NCBI RefSeq assembly: GCF_000189295.2
Contig: NC_016803.1
Coordinates: 2,880,001 to 2,912,000, forward strand
From: Pseudodesulfovibrio mercurii
GTDB taxonomy: Bacteria > Desulfobacterota > Desulfovibrionia > Desulfovibrionales > Desulfovibrionaceae
DNA: 32,000 nucleotides
Direction: 5' to 3'
Shown: positions 8,449 to 16,117 of the stretch, in pieces
Position numbering within the stretch: position 1 is the first letter of the stretch
How the letters are laid out: each line of letters begins with the position of its first letter
Program-made: the position numbers and the translations under genes
The notes under the pieces: model-generated
The model's input: only the letters and a program-made list of their open reading frames with translations
Database searches by the model: none
What the model was told of the DNA's origin: nothing

Positions 8449-8561
8449 GGTTCCCCTCCCGGGTGGTTGTTCGGGCAGTACAGCCCAGGGACGCGGGGAT
8501 TGCAAGCCGTTTGTCCGGGGTCGGCTTGCGCGGAACCGGGGGAAAGGATAGGCTTTTAGCC

Positions 8562-9287
8562 ATGACCCGCATCGCCATCATGTCCGACGTGCACGGCAAT
8601 TTCGAGGCCCTGAGGGAGGTCCTGGCCGACCTCGACGCCCACCCCGTGGACGCGGTTTATTGCCTGGGCGACATGATCGGGTACGGGCCGCAGCCCCAGG
8701 AGTGCGCGGACCTGTTGCGCGAGCGCGGGGTGCGGTGCACCATGGGCAACCATGAACAGGGATTGATCAACATCATCTACCTGCGCGGCTTCAACCAGCC
8801 CGCCGCCGACGTGTTGCGGCGCACCCGCGAGATGATCGACGAGGCCACCTATCAGTGGCTGATCACCCGGCCCAAGGCCATCGTGGAGCACGGCTGCCGT
8901 TTCGTGCACGGGCTGCCGCCGGACTCGGTCACGGAATACCTGTGGAAGTACCGGGACGAGATGGCCGGGGTCTTTTCGCGCTACGGCGAGGACGTCTGTT
9001 TCGCGGGCCACACCCACGACCTGATGCGCTTCACCTCGCGGCGGGGCGACATCGGGCGGTTTCCCCTGCCCGAGGGCTACACCCCGCTTGCCCCGGACCG
9101 CCGCCACCTGGTCAACATCGGGTCCGTGGGCCAGCCGCGCGACGGCGACAACCGGGCCAAGTACGGCCTGTTCGACCTGGACTCCCGGGTCCTGACCATG
9201 CGTTTCATCCCCTACGACATCAAGAAGACCGCCGACCTGATCGTGGCCAGGGGCTTCCACCGGGGCTTCGCCGACCGGCTGTGGTAG
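8562..9287 (+). CDS. Calcineurin-like metallophosphoesterase (YfcE/MJ0936-type)
   Basis: 241 aa from ATG 8562. Motifs DVHGN, GDMIGYG, GNHE, GHTH. Confidence 0.8.
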   Translation: MTRIAIMSDVHGNFEALREVLADLDAHPVDAVYCLGDMIGYGPQPQECADLLRERGVRCTMGNHEQGLINIIYLRGFNQPAADVLRRTREMIDEATYQWLITRPKAIVEHGCRFVHGLPPDSVTEYLWKYRDEMAGVFSRYGEDVCFAGHTHDLMRFTSRRGDIGRFPLPEGYTPLAPDRRHLVNIGSVGQPRDGDNRAKYGLFDLDSRVLTMRFIPYDIKKTADLIVARGFHRGFADRLW

Positions 9288-9308
9288 CCCGGCCCCTCTT
9301 GTGAAATG

Positions 9309-9345
9309 GAAAGCCCCCGCGCACGACTGCGCGGGGGCTTTTGCT
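9309..9345. terminator. Bidirectional terminator hairpin between the convergent phosphoesterase and OmpA-family genes
   Basis: Perfect 12-bp stem AGCCCCCGCGCA (9312-9323) / TGCGCGGGGGCT (9328-9339), loop CGAC, followed by TTTGCTTTC. Confidence 0.7.
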
Positions 9346-9370
9346 TTCGGGCCGGGCGCGGGGGCCGGGG

Positions 9371-9949
9371 TCAGCGGACCAGGACCTCCACCCGCCGGTT
9401 GCGCGGCTCGGACCTGCCGTCCGGGGTGGGGATGAGCGGGTTTTCCTCGCCGTGGGAGGTCATCTCGATGATGTCCTCGGGCATGCCGCCCTTGACCAGC
9501 AGGTCGCGGACCTTTTCCGCGCGGCGCACGGACAGGTCGTAGTTGTACTGCTTCTCGCCCAGGGTGTCGGTGTGGCCGACGACCGACACGTCGCGGGAGG
9601 AGCGGCTGCGCCAGCTCTCGAGAATGTCCGGGAGGAGGGCCTTGGACTCGTCCGTGAGCCGGGTGGAGTCGCTGTGGAAGTGCAGGATGAAGCGGGCCGT
9701 GGGCAGGGGCTGGGCGGCCATGGCCGCGCCGAACTCGGACTGGACCTCGGCCTCGCTCAGGGTGGTCACCCTGGTGGTCCCGGTGACGGCCTGGTTGGCC
9801 TGGGTCAGGGTGGCGGTCCTGCCGCCTTCGGAGGTGACCGTGACCTCGCCCACGTGGCCGTCCAGGTCGGGCAGCAGGACGATGGTCTGGCCGCCGCCGC
9901 AACCGGCGAGCCACAGGCAGGCGGCGAGGATCATGGCGAATTTCTTCAT
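9371..9949 (-). CDS. OmpA-family lipoprotein (peptidoglycan-associated C-terminal OmpA domain)
   Basis: 192 aa. Lipobox LAGC after the signal peptide MKKFAMILAACLWLAGC. OmpA_C motif GHTD...NxxLSxRRA...RRVEV. Confidence 0.85.
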   Translation of the reverse strand: MKKFAMILAACLWLAGCGGGQTIVLLPDLDGHVGEVTVTSEGGRTATLTQANQAVTGTTRVTTLSEAEVQSEFGAAMAAQPLPTARFILHFHSDSTRLTDESKALLPDILESWRSRSSRDVSVVGHTDTLGEKQYNYDLSVRRAEKVRDLLVKGGMPEDIIEMTSHGEENPLIPTPDGRSEPRNRRVEVLVR

Positions 9950-9958
9950 GGCGCGCTC

Positions 9959-10462
9959 CTAATCGACCTTGATCAGGAACCGGGTGCCCCGGATTCCGAT
10001 GGTGGACAGGGGGGTCTCGACGGCCATGCTCCCGGGCGAGAGCTTGGCGATCCGGCCGGAGATGAACTGGACCGTGCCCTTGTTCACCCTGGTCAGGAAG
10101 TCGAGATTTTCATGGGCCGGGTCGAAGACGAACCTGTCGATGGTCACCCTGGAGCCGGGGCCCAGGGAGAGGAGCGTGTCGTCGCGGAAGATCACGCCCA
10201 GGGTGGCGTCCTTGCCGGTGATCAGGGTGTCGCCCTCAAGCAGGGGGTCGCCGACCACGGCGGGTTTTTGCTCGGTCATGCGTTCCACCAAGGCCTCGCC
10301 GGTCGCGGTCTTGATGGTTCCCACGACCTGGGCGCGGTCCACGGCCCCGGCCGGTCGGACCGGGCAGCAGCAGAACAGGAGAACAAGGGCCGCGATGACG
10401 GCCCACGGACGTCCGCCGCGATGCGGTCGGCCGTCGGGCGTTGAGGTTCGGGCTGTGTGCAT
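9959..10462 (-). CDS. FecR-domain protein (secreted or anchored)
   Basis: 167 aa, RBS GGAGG 8 nt upstream, hydrophobic N-terminus. FecR-like GDTLITGKDATLGVIFRDDTLLSLGPGSRVTIDRF. A 9-nt gap to the OmpA gene suggests an operon. Confidence 0.72.
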   Translation of the reverse strand: MHTARTSTPDGRPHRGGRPWAVIAALVLLFCCCPVRPAGAVDRAQVVGTIKTATGEALVERMTEQKPAVVGDPLLEGDTLITGKDATLGVIFRDDTLLSLGPGSRVTIDRFVFDPAHENLDFLTRVNKGTVQFISGRIAKLSPGSMAVETPLSTIGIRGTRFLIKVD

Positions 10463-10600
10463 GGGCGAAACCTCCGGGCATTGTGCTGCAAAGAGTACGA
10501 TCTTATTTTTCTATAAGCCCTATCTCTTTTGAATGTCTACATCTATTGTAATCGTCGTTTATTTCCTACCGATTTTATCATGATTTTCTATGTCGGCCTC

Positions 10601-10629
10601 TTGACACCTATACCCGGTATGGGTATATC
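10601..10629 (+). promoter_or_regulatory. Sigma70-type promoter of the cytochrome c / molybdoenzyme operon, with an embedded operator palindrome
   Basis: TTGACA (10601-10606), 17-nt spacer, TATATC (10624-10629). It sits in the only AT-rich stretch of the window. The inverted repeat TATACCC-GGTAT-GGGTATA (10609-10627) fills the spacer. Confidence 0.5.
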
Positions 10630-10749
10630 GCAATCAAAGGCCCCTACCGGGTACAGGTTATAATGTCCAAGGATTTAAACAGACCATATGGTCTGTAAGA
10701 GTGTGAAAACCGTTTGTCGAATGTGCAACACGTCAACTTTGGAGGGAGC

Positions 10750-11070
10750 ATGAAAAGCAAGCTCGTCCTGGCCGTGGCAACGGCCCTGATCACCGTCTTC
10801 GCCGTGTCCATGGCCTTTGCCATGGGCGGTGGCAACGCCCGCAAGGGCAAGTTCCTGTACCGCAAGAACTGCCGTTCCTGTCACGGCACCACCGCCAGCG
10901 ACATGAGCCCGGCGGACAAGACCCAGGCCGAATGGACGGCCCTGTTCTCCGACACGGGCAAGATCAAGTGCAGCCCGGACTGGACCGTCAACGAAAAGGA
11001 CCTGAACGACATCTTCACCTACCTGCACGACTACGCCAAGGACTCCCCGTCCCCGGCCAAGTGCAGCTAG
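10750..11070 (+). CDS. Periplasmic monohaem c-type cytochrome
   Basis: 106 aa from ATG 10750, with RBS GGAGGGA at 10741-10747. Signal peptide MKSKLVLAVATALITVFAVSMAFA and a single CRSCH haem-binding motif. Confidence 0.8.
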   Translation: MKSKLVLAVATALITVFAVSMAFAMGGGNARKGKFLYRKNCRSCHGTTASDMSPADKTQAEWTALFSDTGKIKCSPDWTVNEKDLNDIFTYLHDYAKDSPSPAKCS

Positions 11071-11254
11071 GGCAGTGCGGCCATGGCCGCGCCGGGTGTA
11101 TCCGGCGCGGCCCATGCGCCCTCGGGGAGGAGACCAGGGCGCAGCTCGACACAAACGGTTCCGCCCGCCCGAGCCGGGAAGCGGGGCGGGGGGAACCCCA
11201 TCCGACGACAGTGCGGACAGTTGGAGGTACATAGTGCCCAGTGCAAAGCAGACG

Positions 11255-13429
11255 ATGTCCCGTCGCGATTTCTTCCGGGCCTCCGGCCTGGTGGCGGCAG
11301 GGGCCTTGGGCGGCCCGGCCCTGCTCGGCGGCCTGAAGAAGGCCCATGCGGCATCGCCGGCCAAGCCCGCCTGGGATTCCAGGTTTTCGGCTTGCGACAT
11401 GTGTTTCAACAAGTGCGGGCTCATCGCCCGCGTCGAGGACGGGGTGGTCACGAAGCTCGATCCCAACCCCAAGTTCCTCAAGTCCCGAGGTATGCTCTGC
11501 GCGCGTGGCAACGCGGGCCTGGCCCAGGTCTACGACCCGGACCGCCTCAAGCACCCCCTGCTCAGGAAGGGCGCGCGCGGCGAAGGCAAGTGGCAGCGCA
11601 TCCCCTGGGACGAGGCCCTGGACATGGCCGCGGCCAGGATGGCCGAGGTCCGCGACAAGTATACCCCCTGCGGCCACCTGTTCACCGCGGGCACGGACCT
11701 GCACTCGCAGTTCGTGGGCCGGTTCGCCGAGGTCTACGGCTCGTTCAACGTGACCTCGCACGAATCCCTGTGCCTGGTCTCGGGCAGCCGCGCCTTCCTC
11801 GACACCTTCGGCGAGGTGCCCTTCGCGGACGTGCTCAATTCCAAGTACATCCTGATGGTCGGGGCCAACCGCTTCGAGGCGCTGGTCACCCCGGACTCCA
11901 TCGATCTGATGACCGCCATTCGCGAGAACGGCTGCAAGCTGGTCACGCTCGATCCGCGCTACACCAAGACCGCGGCCCTGTCCCACGAGTGGTATCCGGT
12001 CAGGCCGGGCACGGACATGGCCTTCATGCTCGCGCTGGCCCACGTGATCATCAACGAGAAGCTCTACGATCCCGCGTGGATCGCGGAGAAGACCTACGGC
12101 ATGGAGCAGCTCACGGCCCACGTGCAGCAGTACACGCCCGGCTTCGCGGCCGAGCAGTGCGGCATCCCGGCCGAGGCCATCACCCGCATGGCCCGCGAGC
12201 TGGCCGCGGCCGCCCCGGCCTCCATGGTCTACCCCGGCCGCCGCACCTCGGACTACGAGGACTCCACCCAGATCCGGCGCAGCTTCGCCATCGTCAACGG
12301 GCTGCTCGGCAACTGGGACAGGCCCGGCGGACTGCTGGCCGCGCGCCAGGTGGGCCTCAAGGGCGTGTCCTATGACGCCCCGTGGTACGACGAGAACAAG
12401 GAGGACCGCATCGACGCGGGCAAGGTGCCCATGATGTTCGAGCACGAGGGGTCCTTCCTGGTCACCCGCGACTCGGTCCTGGCCGACGATCCATATCCCA
12501 TCCGGGGCTGGTTCATCTACAAGACCAACCCCATGGGCACGGCCCCCAACCGGAAGAAGACCATCGAGATGATGAACAAGATGGACTTCGTCACCGTGGT
12601 GGACATCGCCATGTCCGACACGGCCTGGATGGCCGACCTGGTCCTGCCGTCCCAGTCCTACCTGGAGCGCGAGGACCCGTGTTCGGGCCTTCAGGGCTCA
12701 GTGGCCTGCGCCTGCGTCATCAAGCGCGACCCGGTCATCGCCCCCATGTACGAGTCCCGGTCCCTGTTCGACATCATGAAGGGCATCGCGGGCCGCCTGG
12801 AGCTGGGCGAGTACTTCGACTTCACCATCGACGAGTACCGCCGGCAGCAGACCCGCGAGATTCCCGAGGCGCTCGGCGTCATGGACCGCGACGGCGTGTA
12901 CTACAACCCGTCCAAGGTCTACGGCATCTACGACGGGCGCATCTACAAGACCCTGTCCAAGAAGGTCGAGCTGTACAACCAGCGCTACGAGCAGATGGGC
13001 ATCGACCCGCTGCCCAACTACACGCCCCCGGCCGGGCCGCCCGAGAACCGCTTCCGCATGGTCCTCGGCCGCAACGCCATGATCACCCAGACCTCCACGG
13101 CCAACAACGCGCTGCTGCACGAGTTCCTGCCCACCAACACCCTGTGGCTGAACACCGAGGCCGCCGGGAAGCTGGGCATCGGCGACGGCGACCTGGTCGA
13201 GGTCTCAAGCCCCGTGGGCAGCCAGGAGCTCAAGGCCGAGGTCACGGACAAGATCCGCCCGGACACCGTGTACATGCTCTCGGGGTACAACACCCTGTCC
13301 ACCATGCAGCATCTGTCCCACGGCAACGGGGCGTCCATCAACGATCTGCTGGACGACGACTACGACGCCGTCACCGGCAACGCGTCCATGCACACGACCT
13401 TTGTCACCGTAACAAGGAAGGTGGCGTAA
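11255..13429 (+). CDS. Tat-exported molybdopterin (Mo/W-bisPGD) oxidoreductase catalytic subunit, PhsA/PsrA-like (thiosulfate/polysulfide reductase family)
   Basis: 724 aa from ATG 11255. Twin-arginine signal MSRRDFFRASG...AHA. N-terminal 4Fe-4S motif CDMCFNKCG...C. Candidate Cys Mo-ligand in SHESLCLVSG. The size fits the Psr/Phs clade. Confidence 0.85.
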   Translation: MSRRDFFRASGLVAAGALGGPALLGGLKKAHAASPAKPAWDSRFSACDMCFNKCGLIARVEDGVVTKLDPNPKFLKSRGMLCARGNAGLAQVYDPDRLKHPLLRKGARGEGKWQRIPWDEALDMAAARMAEVRDKYTPCGHLFTAGTDLHSQFVGRFAEVYGSFNVTSHESLCLVSGSRAFLDTFGEVPFADVLNSKYILMVGANRFEALVTPDSIDLMTAIRENGCKLVTLDPRYTKTAALSHEWYPVRPGTDMAFMLALAHVIINEKLYDPAWIAEKTYGMEQLTAHVQQYTPGFAAEQCGIPAEAITRMARELAAAAPASMVYPGRRTSDYEDSTQIRRSFAIVNGLLGNWDRPGGLLAARQVGLKGVSYDAPWYDENKEDRIDAGKVPMMFEHEGSFLVTRDSVLADDPYPIRGWFIYKTNPMGTAPNRKKTIEMMNKMDFVTVVDIAMSDTAWMADLVLPSQSYLEREDPCSGLQGSVACACVIKRDPVIAPMYESRSLFDIMKGIAGRLELGEYFDFTIDEYRRQQTREIPEALGVMDRDGVYYNPSKVYGIYDGRIYKTLSKKVELYNQRYEQMGIDPLPNYTPPAGPPENRFRMVLGRNAMITQTSTANNALLHEFLPTNTLWLNTEAAGKLGIGDGDLVEVSSPVGSQELKAEVTDKIRPDTVYMLSGYNTLSTMQHLSHGNGASINDLLDDDYDAVTGNASMHTTFVTVTRKVA

Positions 13430-14178
13430 TGGCACAGCAACTCGCCATGGTCATCGATGCGGCCAAGTGCATCGACTGCAAGGGGTGCGTGGCCGCCTGC
13501 AAGGTGGCCAACAACGTGCCCGAGGGCCAGTTCCGCAATTGGATCAAGCACGCCGACGTTCCGGTCATGCCCGGCATCGCCGGGGCCAAGGCCCGGTTCC
13601 AGCCGGGGGCGTGCATGCACTGCGAGAACCCCACCTGCGTGACCGCCTGTCCCACGGGCGCGACCTACAAGGACCCGGAGACCGGGGTGGTCGTCATCGA
13701 CGAGACCCTGTGCATCGGCTGCGGCAACTGCATTCCGGCCTGTCCCTACGACGCCCGGTTCCGCAACCCGGTCACGCGCAAGGCGGACAAGTGCAACTAC
13801 TGCCCCGAGCGGCGCGCCGCCGGGCTGCCCCCCGCCTGCGTGGACACCTGTCCGACCAAGGCGCGGGTCTTCGGCGACATCAACGATCCGACCAGCGCGG
13901 CGGGCATCCTGTACCGCAAGAACCAGGAGCGGCTGACCCGCGTGGCGGCCCGGACCGACACCAAGCCGAACATGTACTATATCGGCGACCCCGGCCCCGA
14001 GGCCTGGGGGCGCGAGGCCGTGGTCCCCGCGTCCATGGTGGCCATGAAGGAGTCCGCGCCGTTCATCAAGGGCATCGTGGCCCTGTCCGGCCTGGGCGTC
14101 CTGGCCATGCTCGGCCGCCAGCTCTTCGCCGGTTCCGGCGACCCGCACGACAGCCACAAGGAGGACAGCGATGCCTAG
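13429..14178 (+). CDS. 4Fe-4S ferredoxin-type electron-transfer subunit with a C-terminal TM anchor (FdnH/HybA-like architecture)
   Basis: 249 aa. TAATG stop/start overlap with the catalytic subunit. Four Cys clusters (CIDCKGCVAAC, CMHCENPTCVTACP, CIGCGNCIPACP, CNYC...CVDTCP). Hydrophobic helix FIKGIVALSGLGVLAMLG near the C-terminus. Confidence 0.85.
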   Translation: MAQQLAMVIDAAKCIDCKGCVAACKVANNVPEGQFRNWIKHADVPVMPGIAGAKARFQPGACMHCENPTCVTACPTGATYKDPETGVVVIDETLCIGCGNCIPACPYDARFRNPVTRKADKCNYCPERRAAGLPPACVDTCPTKARVFGDINDPTSAAGILYRKNQERLTRVAARTDTKPNMYYIGDPGPEAWGREAVVPASMVAMKESAPFIKGIVALSGLGVLAMLGRQLFAGSGDPHDSHKEDSDA

Positions 14179-14902
14179 CCGGACCTACAAGCGGCACGAC
14201 CGCTCCGACATCTTCATCCACTGGTTCAACGCGGCCTGCTGGCTGCTGCTCCTGCTGACCGGCGTGGGGCTGATCCAGAACCCGGACGTGGACCCGTTCG
14301 GCTCGGGCTATCCGGCCTGGCTGCGCTCGGTGGTGGGCGGCGGGGGCAACCTGCTGGCCATCCACGAGTTCATCGGCCTGGCCTGGATCGCGGGCTTCGT
14401 CCTCTACCTGCTGGTCAACTTCAGGGGGGCCCGCTTCTTCCTGGCCGAGGTCTTCGCGGTCAGCCCGGCCCGTGACATGGGCTGGATGCTCAAGAAGATG
14501 GTCCTCATGACCCTGGGGCCCAAGGCTCTGAAGGCCGTGGGCGTCAGCCCGGACCTGCCGGACCAGGGGTACTACAACATGGGCCAGAAGGCCTTTGCCC
14601 AGGCCTCGGTGGTCGGCGGCGTCGTCATTGCCGCGACCGGCGTGATCATGTACCTGTCCGACCGCACCTTCGGGGCCGAGTCCACGGGCATGATCGGCTG
14701 GGCCGTGGCCCTGCACTTCATCAGTGTGGGGCTGGTCTTCGCGGGGCTGCTGGTGCACGTCTACATGGCGGCGGTGTCGCCCGAGGAGCGCCCCGGCTTC
14801 AAGTCCATGTTCACCGGCGTGGTCCCCGGCGACTACGCCCGGCATCACCACCGGCTTTGGTGGGAAAAGGTCAGAACCGAGCCCGAGCAGGGTTCGGAAT
14901 AG
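14171..14902 (+). CDS. Membrane b-type cytochrome subunit (FdnI/PhsC, Ni/Fe-hydrogenase cytochrome b family)
   Basis: 243 aa. 8-nt overlap (ATGCCTAG) with the FeS subunit and RBS AAGGAGGA. Several TM helices with conserved His (IFIHWFNAACW, AIHEFIGL, ALHFISVG...LLVHVYM). Confidence 0.8.
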   Translation: MPSRTYKRHDRSDIFIHWFNAACWLLLLLTGVGLIQNPDVDPFGSGYPAWLRSVVGGGGNLLAIHEFIGLAWIAGFVLYLLVNFRGARFFLAEVFAVSPARDMGWMLKKMVLMTLGPKALKAVGVSPDLPDQGYYNMGQKAFAQASVVGGVVIAATGVIMYLSDRTFGAESTGMIGWAVALHFISVGLVFAGLLVHVYMAAVSPEERPGFKSMFTGVVPGDYARHHHRLWWEKVRTEPEQGSE

Positions 14903-14967
14903 CGACATAGAGGCATCCGCCCCGGCTGGGGAGCGGAAGAAACCAATCATCAGGAAGGGAGTTTATC

Positions 14968-16059
14968 ATGCACAGGAAGTTGATTGCCGCGGCCATGCTG
15001 CTGGCGTTCGTCGTGACGGCCCTGGCCGTCCCGGCCATGGCCCAGGAGAAGCCGAAGTTCAAGCAGTTCCACTCCATCGTGGACTACAAGTTCGTGGCCC
15101 AGTATGCGAAGATGCCGCAGCCCAAGGGCGTCATGATCATCGACTCGCGGCCCTACAAGCCCAAGTACGTGGACGGCTACATCCCCACGGCCGTGTCCAT
15201 CCCGGCCAGCCAGTTCGACAAGATGACCGACAAGCTGCCCAAGGACAAGGGCGAGCTGCTCGTCTTCTACTGCGGCGGCCTGGACTGTCCCCTGTCCCAC
15301 AAGTCCGCCTTCGCGGCCGAGGCCCTGGGCTACACCAACGTCAAGGTCTACGCCGCCGGGTTCCCGGACTGGAAGAAGCACGCCCCGTATTCCTCCATCG
15401 GCCTGGAAAACCTCGCCGCGCGGATCAATGAGGGCGGCAACTACCTGCTCGTGGACGCGCGGCCCTACAAGAAGTTCCTGGAAGGGGCCATCCCGTCCGC
15501 CATCGGCATCCCCGAGCGCGACTTCGCGGCCAAGCGCGGCCTGCTGCCCGCCGACAAGGTCAACACCACGCTGATCTACTACTGCGGCGGCTACGCCTGC
15601 GCCCTGTCCCACAAGTCCGCGGTCATGGCCCGTTCGCTGGGCTACAAGAACGTGCTCGTGGCCGAGGCCGGCTACCCCGGCTGGAAGGAGATGTTCGGGG
15701 CCACGGACAGCGCCGTGGTCGCGGGCGAGGCCGAGGGCGCGGTGGACACCGAGTGGTTCCTGAAGACCATCAAGGAGAACCCGTCCGCCATCCTGCTCAT
15801 CGACGTGCGCGATCCCGAGGAGTATGCGGCCGGTCACTTCCCGTCCGCCATCAACATGCCCGTGGACATGGTCGAGAAGCAGGCCAAGGAGATCCCCACG
15901 GACAAGCCCATCGTCTTCTCCTGCGCCTCGGGCGCGCGTGCGGGCGAGGCCTTCTACCTGTTCAAGGATCTGCGTCCGGACGTGGAAAAGGTCTACTACC
16001 TGGAGGCCACCAACTCGTTTGGCGGCGACAACAGCTACGAGGTCCATCCCAACAAGTAG
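14968..16059 (+). CDS. Periplasmic protein with three tandem rhodanese domains (sulfurtransferase-like)
   Basis: 363 aa with signal peptide ending AMA-QE. Active-site loops are YCGGLDCPLSHK (domain 1), YCGGYACALSHK (domain 2) and SCASGARAGEA (domain 3). Confidence 0.85.
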   Translation: MHRKLIAAAMLLAFVVTALAVPAMAQEKPKFKQFHSIVDYKFVAQYAKMPQPKGVMIIDSRPYKPKYVDGYIPTAVSIPASQFDKMTDKLPKDKGELLVFYCGGLDCPLSHKSAFAAEALGYTNVKVYAAGFPDWKKHAPYSSIGLENLAARINEGGNYLLVDARPYKKFLEGAIPSAIGIPERDFAAKRGLLPADKVNTTLIYYCGGYACALSHKSAVMARSLGYKNVLVAEAGYPGWKEMFGATDSAVVAGEAEGAVDTEWFLKTIKENPSAILLIDVRDPEEYAAGHFPSAINMPVDMVEKQAKEIPTDKPIVFSCASGARAGEAFYLFKDLRPDVEKVYYLEATNSFGGDNSYEVHPNK

Positions 16060-16117
16060 GGATCGGCCATGGACGGCCGGGGTCGGCCCCGGCGTAAACA
16101 CTGGGCGGGGAGCGCGT

